32,694 bases of DNA from Protoeuglena noctilucae. Taxonomy: Eukaryota. The position numbers and the translations under genes were made by a program. The stretch is from assembly GCA_958009085.1 (NCBI GenBank), contig OY253685.1, positions 868,001 through 900,694 of the forward strand, written 5' to 3'. Positions 20,929-32,193 of this stretch are shown one piece after another; positions within the stretch are counted from its first letter, which is position 1, and each line of letters opens with the position of its first letter. A model generated the notes under the pieces. The model made no database searches. It saw only the letters and a program-made list of their open reading frames with translations, and was not told the origin of the DNA.

Positions 20929-23900
20929 ATGCAGATGGACGCGCTGAAGGAAATGCTATCCGGGGTATCCAGGATGGGCGTGGATCCGGCAGATGTACTC
21001 CGCGAGATGGTGGCGGAGAACCCCGAGATGCTGGGGGCGTTGCAGGGGCTGATGCAGGCAGGCCGGACCGACACGCGGGCCGCGAGGCTGGAGAGGCGCG
21101 AGGACATCGTCAAGGCCCACAACGAATACAGGAAGTTCCTCCTGGACGGAGTACGCAAGTACGCCTACCAGGCCGGCTTCACCGGGGGGCCCGTCAAGCC
21201 AACGAGCGATGTGATCCCCGAGAACCACGCGTCACTGCTCCCGACGTCGCTGCAAGCCATGCAGCCCAACACCACTCACCGCGGCCGCGTGCTTAGGGGA
21301 ACGCTGGTGGCAGAGGCGACCCCCAGCACGGGCATTCTCAGCGTCTTGGAGGTAAGTGCCTCGGTAGGGAGCTCGCAGCAGCTGCCAGTCCTGATCCTGA
21401 CCGTGCCCCAGCGAGATGCCCGCAGGACGCCCACGGCGCGGCCGTGAGAGTGGGGCTGTACAACTGGCCGGGCTACGAGCGGGCGGAGAGCGTGCCACAG
21501 CGGCTGGCCATCGCGGCGTCCGTGTTCCCGCGCGGGCGCCACGTTGCCATCGCCGAGCCCTTCCTCAAGGTGGCGCAGGACGGCAACCTATTCGTGCGCA
21601 TTGACGATCCCCGGGACCTGGCGTTCCTGGACAGCCCCGGGCCCGTCACGTGGCGCGAGTGGGAGGAGGAGGGGCGGCGCCTCCGCGATGCGTCCCTGCC
21701 TGCCGAGGCCGCGGCGTCCTTCACGCGGGGCCTCCTGGCCGACTCGCGCCTGCTGGCCGCCGTGCTCAACAACCTGGCCGCGTGCGACATCCAGGGGGGA
21801 GGCTTCTCGCGAGCCCTGGGCTGGGCCGCGGCCGGCGCTGCGGTGGACGGGACGTCAGACAGAGCGTGGGAGAGGGTGTGCAAGTGAGGGGGCGCTGGTG
21901 CGGGTTGCCGGTCGGTCTCAGTTATGCGCTGTGGGGTGATATGGAATCCTTCACAGGCCGCCTGGTGGCTGGTATTGGGTGTGGTACTGACGTGCGTCTA
22001 ACAGGAGGTGATCTGCTCCGGTGCCGCCGTCCCCAGGTGCCTCGACAAGGTGGGGCGGGGCAGAGCCAGCCGCGATGCGCACAGGCTCGTGCTCGGGGAG
22101 GACGACCGGCGCGTCGCCCTGCTGGACGAGGGCCTGGCGACGGGGCCGCGGCGCGAGGCGGTGGAGGCGGCCCTGGCCGGGGCCGACTGGGAGGCCTGCG
22201 GGAGGGCGCTGGCCGAGGTGAGGGGAGGGGGTGAGGCGACCCAACTCGGCAACCCAATTCTCGCAGCCTCTCCTCTCTGACTGTCGCCACCAATGTTTGC
22301 AGAACGCTGCGCGGGCGGACCCCAGCCACACCCCCGCGGCCCTCAAGGAGCGCGCCAACGCGGCGTTCAAGGCCGGCAAGGTCGCCGAGGCGCGGCCCCT
22401 GTACCTGGCCGCCCTGGCCGCCCTCTCGGACCGCCTGCAGCTGATGGAGCAGAGGGCCGGCGCCTCGCTCGAGGCCGGCCGCCCCCTGGACGCGCTGTGG
22501 GACGCCACCTGCGCCAGGTGCGTTGGGTGGCGCGCTGAGGGAGGGGCGGGGTTCATAGGCAGGCGCAGCGGGGGCTGATGACGACGCCTTCTACACACAT
22601 GCGCAGGTGGCTGCTGCCCGGGCGCCCCGAGACGCTGCGGGTGGTGGCGGAGGCGCACTTGGCCCTGGGCGAGGCGTCCCTGGCGCTGGCTGCATGCGAG
22701 GCGGCAGAGGCGGTGGCGCAGGGGGACGCGGCCATGCAGGCCGCCATCTCGGAGCTGCGGTTGAGAGCCGAGGCAGCGGGGCACGGCGGTGGAGAGGGGG
22801 GAGGGGAGCAGGAGTTGCACCCGGAGGAGGAGATCGAGATGATGACGGGCGAGGAGGCCGACGCCGCGTCGGTCCGCGAGGTCGCGGCTGCCAACGCCAT
22901 GATGGCCGGGCTGCCCCCGGAGGCGCGGCGCCGGGGCCTCGACGACCGCATGCCCGCCTTCCACGAGGAGTTCGCGCGCGAGGGTCGCTGGCCCCTGGGC
23001 TGCGGGGGTCCTGACGCGAGCGACCTCCTCTGGGGCGCGTACGAGAGGGGCCGGTCGCGGATCATGGACACGGCGCTGCTGGAGAGCCAGGGCGAGCAGT
23101 TCAACGCCCTGCAGCAGCAGAGCGCGGCCAAGCGCCTCGGGATGCTCAGCGAGGAGCGCGTGGACTGGTGGCTGCGCGTCCAGCGCCCCGGGGCGGTCGA
23201 CTTCCGCCTCGAGGAGCTGCAGAGGTCCCCAAGCTACCCCAACCTGTGGCACAGCTTCGGCAACTCCGTCGCGCCGAGGGAGACCCACACGTTTGGCACG
23301 GTGCACGTGGCGGTGGGGTTCGCGGACCTGGCCTCCCTCGCCGACGCGGGGCGGGTGGGCGACCCCGACGCGGACGGCCCCGTGCGGTGGGTGGGCGTGG
23401 ACCGGTCCCCCGCGAGCGTGGCCAAGACGCGCGTCCTGGTGCACATGATGCAGCAGGGCGCGCCGGCCGAGGACGTCTTCCAGGTCTGGTACTCGGCCTC
23501 GTGGGGCAGGGAGGCGGAGAGGGCCTTCCGGGCCGCGGTCGCAGCGGCGCTGGCGGCCGTGGACGAGACGCGCGAGGGGGACGCCGCGGTGGCCGCCGTG
23601 CTGCGGGCGTGGACGGCGTCGTCGGTGCCCCTGGAGCGCGCGCGGACCGAGTGGGTGCGCCGCGCCACCCGGTCGTGGTTCGTCATCGGTAACATGAAGC
23701 GCAAGGAGGATCGCATGGCCCTGTGCGCCTACGCCGTGTCGGGGGACGCGCTGCCCGCCGCGCCCGGCGCCGTCGGGAGCGTCACCATGTTCACGCACCT
23801 GCCCGGCATGCACCTGGCCCAGCACGAGTGCTTCCTGCACTGCGTGGACGAGGCCGTCCTCTGGCAGCGCAGGAAGAGGTGGGTTGCCTTCGAAGCAGGT

Positions 23901-24660
23901 GGCGATGGGCTTGCGGGGGATGCGCAAGGGAGCGTTTCAACTCAACTCCCGCCTCGCCCCTTGGCGCAGTGAGCCTGACGTGGTGCGCGCCGCAGCCGCC
24001 CACCTGGTCGACCGCACGCGTGCGCTGGCGGAGCTGCTGCGGTCGGGGGCGGTGACGGTGGAGACGTGGGCGCAGGCGGCCGCGCCGGGTAACGGCACGG
24101 TGCGGCGCATCCGGGAGCTCAGGTGCGGCCCGGCAGCGATGCTGGCATCCTGCCCCGCAGTGCCGCCCGCGCGTTTGCTCACGCCCGGCCCCTCGCGCCC
24201 GCGTCCCCACAGGCCCCGCAGCATGTCGTGGAGCAACGTGGTGGACTACTTCACCCCCAGCGACTTCCACGCCATGGCGCGCGGCTGCTCGGCCCCCTCC
24301 GGCACCGTGCACCAGCTCTACTCGATGAACTGGACCGGGGACGTGTGGGGCGCGTGCTGCCTCGACTTCCGCAACCCCCGCGTGCGGAGGAAGCTGCACG
24401 AGGAGGGGTCGGCCATCGTCGACCGGGCCCTCCGCGACGCCGGCGCCACGCCCTACGTCCTGCGCCCCCCCATCGAGGTCGGCATGAACGTGTGCGACAC
24501 GGCCGCAGTCGCCAAGGTCTACCGGGACTGGGTCGACGCCTTCGTGGGGCGTGCGGGGCCCGGGCACTGCCAGGTTCTGCAGGTCGACAGCCCCCGCTAC
24601 CAACTCTTCTCCCACTGCAACTCGCTCCTGGGCATCTCCCTCACGTACGACCGGAGGTGA
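20929..24660 (+). CDS. TPR-repeat protein with conserved N-terminal domain and uncharacterised C-terminal alpha/beta domain, multi-exon
   Basis: N-terminus THRGRVLRGTLV..VLE|D..VGLYN..IAEPFLKVAQDG..VRIDDPRD. TPR helices AVLNNLAAC and ALKERANAAFKAGKVAEARPLYLAAL. C-terminus HVAVGFADL, WVGVDRSPASVAK, FQVWYSASW, MSWSNVVDYF, LYSMNW. Start is 20929 or 20935; stop at 24660. Confidence 0.8.
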
Positions 24661-27141
24661 CACGGCAGGCGACGGGAGCGAGGCCCGGTGAAGCGCTGCT
24701 GCTATAGTTTTGTGAGACCATGCAGGGCCCAGACCAGCTTTTGAACTGGCTGAGAGCTTTTGGTGGGCGAGTCAAGCGGTTGTCAGCGGTGGAGAGAGGA
24801 TAGAGTACGTGATGATGCAGGTGAACAGGGATGGGCTTTAACGCAATTGTCCTCACTCGTCGACATGCGATCACCGTGGCGGGAGCGAAGGGGTGGGGCG
24901 TGGCTGCGTCTGCGCATGGGTGGCTGGCATGCGACCTGGGCTCCGCTCCGCATGTTTCAGGCTCCGGGCTGCGGGGGGCACCGGGGTGGTGCAGGGAACA
25001 CGAGCGTCAGCCAGCGCGTCGCTCGCCTCACCTGCAATGCCTGCCATGGCTGAAGGGAGGGGTGCCTTTGTCAAGAGGGCTGGCGAGCGAGTTTCGGTTA
25101 GGCGGAAAGTGGTTTGTGCGCTTTAAGCCAGTGAAGCTGCGGCTGGTCGAGGTCGCGAGGGGTGCCGGTGCTGGTGCGCCGCTTGGCTGGGCTTGCGTGA
25201 CGGGGGAGGCTGGGGGGGATGGCAAGATTGCACCGATTACGTGGTCCTTGCCCGCAGAGCATGGGGGCAGGGGGGCTAGCAATGGCCACGCCTCGGTCTG
25301 CGGCAGTGAAGGTCCGTCTGCCCACCTGAGCTGACGCAGCAAGGAGGTGGCGCCGGCACGGAGCGCCCCTTGGCAGGCATGCGATAAGGCAGCGCCGAGG
25401 GTGCTGCTGAGCGGGACGCAGCGGTGAGCTCATGGCTTCGCAGCGCATGGGAGGAGGGGACTCGTCACAGGTTCAAAGTACAAAGGCGAGTTGTGGGGGG
25501 AGACGGTCAAGGCCTAATGGGGTGGGGCAGCCCCATAGCATACCTGAGGGCGGGGATGAGGGGCAGAATAACAACGTAGCTGCTGTGGGGATTTCTGCCC
25601 CTGTGGCTGCCCCCTGCTACGGTTAGTGCTGGCTTCTGTCCGCTGCGTGTGTTCCTGCGAGCGTGTCTTCGGTGCGGTCTGCGATGAGGTGCTGGTGAGG
25701 CATGGAGGAGCTGGCGGGGTTGCGAGGGGTCGGCCGGGTGAGTGGTTGGAAATGGCAGAGATCGAGTTGCCGTGCTCTGTGTCCCGCAGGCTCCCCTGGG
25801 TCCCACTGTGCATGCGGCTGGGACGACAACGCATGCACGTAGCGGCTACCCCTCGAGCCTCGTCTGTGGGGGCAGGGCTATGTTGCTGGCCGCCCATGCA
25901 TGGCGAGTGAGGAGCGTCGCTGGCATAGGTGGCGCGGTGGGGCATGCACAGCATGGCATGCTGTGGAGGGCGGCGCGTGCAGCCATCGCGTCGTCGTGCT
26001 GCTGTCAGAGGTGAGGGGACGCGGGGATGTGCGCCTTGGACAAGCGCCATGCCGTGTCGATGGCGGTGAGCTTGCGGATGTCTGCGGATGTCTTTTGCTT
26101 GGAGCATCATGGCTGCGGTCGGATGGCTGCGGTCGGATGAAACACAACACATGAAACACTGTCACAAGTGGCCGTGCCTTGGCTGGGGCGATGCTGGGAG
26201 TGGGTCTGTGCTGTTCTGCATGCGTGCACGGCCCTGCCTCCGCACTTGACGCCGCGCAGCTGGCTGGCCCCGCTGTCGGTAGGGCCAGAGCGCATGGGCT
26301 GTGGCGGGGGTGCGGGTGCGGCCCGCGTGAGGGTCTCGGCGAGGTGCATGGCCGGCGCGACCCGGGCCAGGTGACTGGGATGTTAGCTCAGGGTTGCATG
26401 GGACGTCGGAGCGGTGCATCGCACTTGCATGCATGTCACGGTCAGGCGAGAGATGGGCGGGGCTGCAGGTGGACTGGCCGGGGCCGCAGGGGCTGGGGAG
26501 GCTGAGAGTGGCGCTGGTGCCCGTCTGCTGAGACTGGCTGTGTCGCCGTGGCAGAGCTGATGATGTTCAGCCAGGGGCACAGCGACCGTGCAGCAGCATG
26601 CAGCCATCGCCGTTGCGGCAAGCGGAGCGTGGGGCCCACGCAGCACCTGGTGCTCGCTGCAGGATGACACGGTGTTGGAGTTCAAGCACCTTAATGTTTG
26701 TTTCTCGCAGAGCTCCCCTTCATTTAAGAGCTGGAGGGCTGCCTGACCGACCTGGTCGCGACGTGCATGCACAGCTCGCCACGGCCGTCGGACTGCGGGT
26801 GGAGGAGTCAACTGCGCGCCGTTAGCAGGTGACCGGCCTGGTGTCGCGGGTGGTGGCTTGCCCGTTGGTGAGAGGGGCTGGAGCGCGAGCGGGTGCGACG
26901 ATGGCGGGATGCGACTCCGAGGGGTATGGGCGCGGTGCTGCTGCTTGGGGACGAGGGGCAGCGCGCGCACCCCTCAGCTGTCAAGGTCGGAGACGCGGGC
27001 AAGAGGGCCAGCTGCTTGTTGCTGTTGCTGCGGGGTGAACGGCGGGGAGTGGGAGCGTGGCGTGGCGTGGCGTGCCTGGTCGGCTGCTGCTGCGTATGTG
27101 CGGGTGGCGAGCGACCTGGGGCCTCGCGCTGTGTGCCGCAG

Positions 27142-27365
27142 ACCGGAGCTGACCGCTGCATCAAGCTCAGGGACCTGGAAACGGGTGTGCCCAACACGAC
27201 TTCCTTCGCTGCGACAGGCGATGGCAACGCGGGTGGCGAGACCAGGCAGATGGTGACGGCCACGGCAAGCCTGGCGCTGGTGGCAGGCGAGGGGTCCGGG
27301 GATGCGCGGCGACGCTGCCTGATGTCGTGCAGCAGCCAGCCATACACTTGGATATGGCCCTGGGG
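27142..27365 (+). pseudogene. WD40-repeat-like exon relic
   Basis: After a cgcag acceptor the frame reads TGADRCIKLRDLETG.. (AGG is one substitution from TGG of a D..IKLWD motif) and later LMSCSSQPYTWIW. No intact gene model surrounds it. Confidence 0.35.
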
Positions 27366-29002
27366 TGTGGGCCGGCGGGTCCCACGGCGGGGCGATCGTG
27401 GCTGCGCTGGTGGGCGGCAGGGTGGCGTCCTTGCTGCAGAGCGCATTGCGGAGCAGGCAGGGGCTCGTAGGCGTCAGGGCCAGCGTTGGGCGATGGCTGT
27501 CTGGTCGGCGTAGGCTGAGCGGGCGTGGGGCTGGGTGTGTTGCATGAGGCGAGGAGGTTGTGGCTTGGCTTGGCTGGCTGCTGGGCCCCGCTTGCGCTGA
27601 ATCGAGAAGCCGATTGCAGCGGACGGTGGCGATAACGAGTACGCTCGTTGGCAGCAATGCTTCGCTGCCGGGGTGTGCAGAGCGCGGTGGGGCGCGCATG
27701 TCGGAGAACAATGGATGGGTAGCCGCTGTGGAGTGGGAGCTGAGCGTCGGCAGAGGCCACAGGTCGGGGTGCTGGATGGCAAGAAGGCGGCTAGGTACTC
27801 CTGCAGTGGCTCAGGTCGGCGTCGAGGGGGCAGAATCGTGGCCAGCGTTGTTGTCGCTGAGCGATCCGGCGGATGAGCTGCCCGAGTCCAGGCTTGGCAG
27901 AGGCTTGGCGGGAGAGGTGCCGTGATGGTGCTGTGCTCCCGTCGCAGCTTTGTGCTGTCTGCTGCGGGCGACTGTGCCGTCCGTCGCAGCAGCGCGTAGA
28001 TCGGGGCGGTGGGGGTGCATCGTGCGCAAATGCGGTGAGGTGCGTGGGCGATGCACCGTACCAGAGAACCGGACGGTAGTGTACGTGGCTGCGTCGGATG
28101 AGGGGGCGGCAAGTGCTGTGGGCAGGTGAGGTGCGGCACCCATGGGGAGCCATCGCTGCGCTGCGCCAGACGCTGTGATGACTTGCTGGCCAGGGCGACA
28201 TGCCAGCCTCTGTGTTAGCACATAGAGGGGACGAGGGCACACTTGCCAGATACACGATGGCGTCACCTGGCCGGGGCGTACGTGCTGCATGTGCCGGAGC
28301 GTGCGCACGCGATGGGTCGGCCAAGCGCGGGGAGGCTGCCAGCGTGGAGGGCGTCGGTGACGTTCCGTGAAGCTGCCACAAGGTGAGCGCGTGACTTGCC
28401 GGCCTGTGCCATGCCCTGTTCGCCAGGCGAGGGTGCTGTGACGCTTGCGCATGGCGGCCCCTAATTGACTGCCTTAAGGGCGAAGGCCGACTGTGTAATT
28501 CGATGTAGGTGCCATTATATGAAGGTGTTGTAGGCGTTTACGTCACCCGCTGTCGCTACATGGGGGGCTGCGATGGGGACGGGCGTGGGAATGGGCACAT
28601 GGGCTGCGTCGTTGTCGCTGTGCGATGCGGTGAATGGACTAGCAGACGCCAGGGGTGGCACAGGCAAGGCGCCAAGGTGTTCTTATCTTGCTGCGACTGC
28701 GATGCTGCTTTGTTCGGTCTGATCCAGGCGGCAGCGCACAGGTTGGGGTTTCAGAGGAGCATGAGTGAAGACAGTGCGGTGTGCCTGCTTCGCCCAGCGC
28801 CGAACCGTCGTCCAGAAGATCAATCAGGCGGGGAGGTGGTTTGGCATGGATCGCGAGCCAGCACCGGGTGTGGGGGGCGCTCCCTGTTGGGGATTAGCCC
28901 TGCATTAGTGTTCGAGGGTAATCCCAGTGAGGGATCATAGGGCGCAGAGGGCGCTAAGCATAAGGGAATATTTCACAGAGTGCCGGCTAGGATTGTGGCA
29001 GC

Positions 29003-30520
29003 CTAGCCCCGTTGGCCTTGAAGCTCCGTTAGAACCCCTAGACACAAGAGCGGCAAGGGAGCGGCGGCAAGGGAGCGGAGGTGGGCGGGGAGGGAGCCGC
29101 GGGCCGCAGGGGACAGCACAAGGCCCTGCCAAGGGTCCCATACAACCAGGATGGCTACGAGCTGCTCAGCCACGCCCTCAAGCACCGCACGGCTGGCATT
29201 GGCGGGGGGCGGCACAGGCGCGCCAGGCACTCCCAGCCCTTCCAGCGCCTTGCAAACCTGGCTTATAACCCTTTTGACGGGGTCTTTGGCCGACGTGACG
29301 TCGCCCAGGCGTAGGTGGAGTAGCCGCTCCCACCGTGACCTCCAAAGGCGCCTGCACCACGATGCCTCCAGCACCTCCGAGGCCACGGCGCCCGGGGAGT
29401 CCCAGGCCATCTTGAGCCCTGCGGCCGCGGCTCGCACGCGAAGCAGGTGACCCACACACCCCAGACGAACCTTGGCCATCTTCCGAGCCCGCGGTGGGAA
29501 CGAGCCATCAAGGAGAGGCAGCCCAGTGGCAGCATCGACCAGCAAATCCGAGGAGCCTGCGTCGGTAAGGAGAGAGAATGGGATCTCCAGGGAAGGCAAC
29601 TGGGCAGCAGGCTGGGGCTCAGGGACAGGGGAGCGAGCCGGGGGGAGGGCCACGAGGGAGCTAAACACAGCAGGGGCCGCCAAAAGCAACCCAAGGAAGG
29701 AGGGGCCAGGGACGCGAGCAGCCAAGGCAGCAGCCGCAGAGCTGGGCGACCTAGAGTCCCGGGCGAGCCATGCCACGCCAGGGCCGCCCAGGACCGTCAG
29801 GGCCCGGTCCAGCACGAAGATCCTCACGGGCGCGCCGGGCCAAAGACCATGCAGTCAGCCGCGCGGCGCCACAGGGAGCCAGCCGCGCGGTTGCCCTGCA
29901 CCAGGGTGTTGACAAGCTTCTCCGCCTCTTGGTCCATAGAGGCAGGGGCGGGGGACGTCTCGAGTAGGTAACTCACCGTGCTTGCCACATATGCACTCGC
30001 CGCCCGCGCCCTCCCCTGAATGGACAGATGCATCCCTGCGATGGCGGTGCCACGCTGGACCATCACACCCAGCGTGCTCGACCACGCCTGCGCCAGTGCC
30101 CCACGAGTATGGGCGCCCAAGTAGCGCACGCCCTCGCTGGGCCCCGTGGGCATGGACCAGCGACAGCCCCGTGCCACCGCTGCTGCCTCCAATGAGGCGT
30201 GGTCGCCATTTCCCAGACGGTAGACCGCCGTTTTGGCTGCGTTGACCTCAAGTCCAGAAGCCGCAGCGAAATCCCCCAGGGTCGCCGACAACGCTTCCCG
30301 CGGGCAGGTCTGCGGTCAGGGCAGCTGCGTCATCCGCGAAGAAGCGCGCTGCCAGATCCCCCTCCCCCCCAAGACTCAAGGCGTAATGGTTCAGCCCGAA
30401 CACGTCTGACACCGGCAGGGTCAGAGCGTGGGTCAACCGCGGCACGAGGGTGCGCACACCCTTCGTGAACACTGAGCGCGGCTTCGGGGTCATCATAACC
30501 AGCCAAGAGCGCCGGGCACA
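29003..30520 (-). mobile_element. Decayed, 5'-truncated non-LTR retrotransposon (L1/Tx1-like reverse transcriptase fragment)
   Basis: Motifs run in the correct order over three frames: TKGVR, FFADD, F..ASGLEVNAAKT, VRYLG, LSIQGRARAASAYVASTVSYL, RWERLLHLRL. Frameshifts near 30290 and 29825. No endonuclease domain or poly(A) tail seen; boundaries are approximate. Confidence 0.85.
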
Positions 30521-30787
30521 GGGGGGCGAACCCCCCCACTGGCCCCTTGGGAACCACACTCCCAGATTGCGAATTCCCCCACTTGGGGAAAAAAAAAGAA
30601 AAAATTCCCCCACTTGGGAGCGCCAGTTCTCCCGGAGGGTAGATAAATAGGTAGATAAATATTTCGGGCAAAGAATTCATGCATCCAGGTATTTCCGCAA
30701 AAACAGATTAATACAAGATTGACAATTTATATATCCGTGACCCAGACGGTACTTTTACTGCGGTCACCGTCAGTGCGGTGTCGAGCA

Positions 30788-30861
30788 GGGACTTTGGTCT
30801 AGTGGATTATGATTCTCCGTTCGGGTCGGAGAGGTCCCGGGTTCGATTCCCGGAAGTCCCC
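30788..30861 (+). tRNA. tRNA-Pro (anticodon CGG)
   Basis: Acceptor GGGACTT/AAGTCCC, A box TGGTCTAGTGG, anticodon arm CTCCG-TTCGGGT-CGGAG, T arm CCGGG-TTCGATT-CCCGG. Followed by TTTTCTTTT. Confidence 0.93.
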
Positions 30862-30865
30862 TAAC

Positions 30866-30874
30866 TTTTCTTTT
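30866..30874 (+). terminator. RNA polymerase III T-run terminator of tRNA-Pro
   Basis: TTTTCTTTT a few nt after the discriminator base. Confidence 0.7.
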
Positions 30875-30886
30875 CCACAGCGGGTA

Positions 30887-30960
30887 CGACGCTGGTGGGA
30901 TTCGAACCCACGACCTTCGCTCCCGCACATCGCGAAGGCCATCCACTGGACTGACTCTCT
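30887..30960 (-). pseudogene. tRNA-derived element (pseudo-tRNA or SINE head)
   Basis: Minus strand has A-box-like CAGTCCAGTGG, a CCTTCGC/GCGAAGG hairpin and a perfect T arm/B box GTGGG-TTCGAAT-CCCAC, but no pairing acceptor stem. Confidence 0.6.
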
Positions 30961-31000
30961 TCACAAGGGGGACTCGGACGCGCGATGGCGCGATCCGCCG

Positions 31001-31114
31001 GCCGGGCCGCCTGAGGAGGATGGGAGGAGGGTAGGGAGCGGTGGATGTCATGATTGGCCGCACATAAGCTACACAGGGAGAGTCATAGCACCCCTCGACT
31101 GTTGAATCGCTCAT
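31001..31114. repeat. Subtelomeric duplicated block, copy 1 (A 31001-31076 + B 31078-31114)
   Basis: A recurs at 31781-31856 (2 mismatches in 76 nt). B recurs identically at 32132-32168. Confidence 0.9.
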
Positions 31115-31281
31115 TGGGTGGGCATTGGGTGGGTGGGCATGGGCTGGGCGACACAGGGGTGTCGGGTGTCTGGGGGGCGACGGGGGCGCGAGGCAGGCCA
31201 AGGTCTTCTGGGTGCGCGGGGGCGCGTAAGCGGGGGGGCGGCCACGGGTATCAGGGCGCGCGGGTGCGCGGAGCGAGAGGT

Positions 31282-31455
31282 GGGCCAAGGTCGTCAGCGT
31301 CAAAGGGCCAGGGTCGCCACAGCGTCGGTTAAAGGTCGTCAGCGTGATATGCCAAGGTCGTCAGCGCGATGGGCCAAGGTAGTCAGCGCGATGGGCCAAG
31401 GTCGTCAGCGCATTAGTCCAAGGTCGTCAGCGTGACGGGCCAAGGTCATCTGGGC
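31282..31455. repeat. ~22-bp subtelomeric minisatellite, about 8 degenerate copies
   Basis: Core GCCAAGGTCGTCAGCG plus a ~6-nt variable linker (CGATGG, TGATAT, CATTAG, TGACGG). Confidence 0.9.
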
Positions 31456-31780
31456 GTGTGGGGGCGAGGAGTTGAGGGACGGGCCAAGGCCGACGGGCGC
31501 GGGAGAGGACGGGCCAAGGGCCAAGATCGACGTGCGGGAGCGAGGAGCGGGGTCGCGTCGTGGGTCTCTGGGCACACGGCCGAGTGGGTCGTGCCGGCGC
31601 ACGCACCCGGAGCGGGGCGGTCTGGGGCGGTCCACATGAGAGGCAGCCGGCCCTCGGGGGCGCAGCGTGGGCGAGCGGGGCGCCCAGGGGCAACGCTGCG
31701 CCCCCCAAGGAACGCCGTCTGCGTTCGGACCGCCCCCACCGCCCTCGCGTCCGGGCCAGCGTGGCCTGGTGGGCGAGCCA

Positions 31781-32193
31781 GCCGGGCCGCCTGAGGAGGA
31801 TGGGAAGAGGGTAGGGAGCGGGGGATGTCATGATTGGCCGCACATAAGCTACACAGATCGTCATTAGCCTCGGCCTCACCTTTTGTAATAGACGCCCGGG
31901 GGTCTCCACGGAGGGCCCCCGCGGCTGCATCGTCCCACTCTGGGACGGCGATTCTGCCTTCGGGCGCAGCGAGGGGGCTAGGGGTGCAAGAACCCGGGGT
32001 GGGCGACCCCTTTGCCTTAGGGTGGGGTGACCTAGCGGGGGCGGGCCACGTGCCATATGCACTGCAACGATGGAAACCCCGGGGTGTCAGCTGCCCCGGG
32101 GGACGGCACTTCTGCCGCAAGGCGTGGCTCTGAGAGTCATAGCACCCCTCGACTGTTGAATCGCTCATCATCATGTTGAATCGCTCATCATCA
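31781..32193. repeat. Subtelomeric duplicated block, copy 2, with 275-nt internal segment and 20-bp tandem duplication
   Basis: A 31781-31856, unique segment 31857-32131, B 32132-32168. TGTTGAATCGCTCATCATCA occurs twice at 32154-32193. Confidence 0.85.

Noticed and set aside
30887..30960. Permuted or split tRNA gene
   Set aside because: No matching 5' half (GACGCTG..) follows or precedes it on the same strand.
31011..31076. CTGAGGA as a hammerhead ribozyme core (also at 31791)
   Set aside because: No stem II or GAAA follows, so the core is incomplete.
31282..31455. CRISPR-like array
   Set aside because: Linkers are only ~6 nt, the context is a eukaryotic subtelomere, and there are no cas genes.
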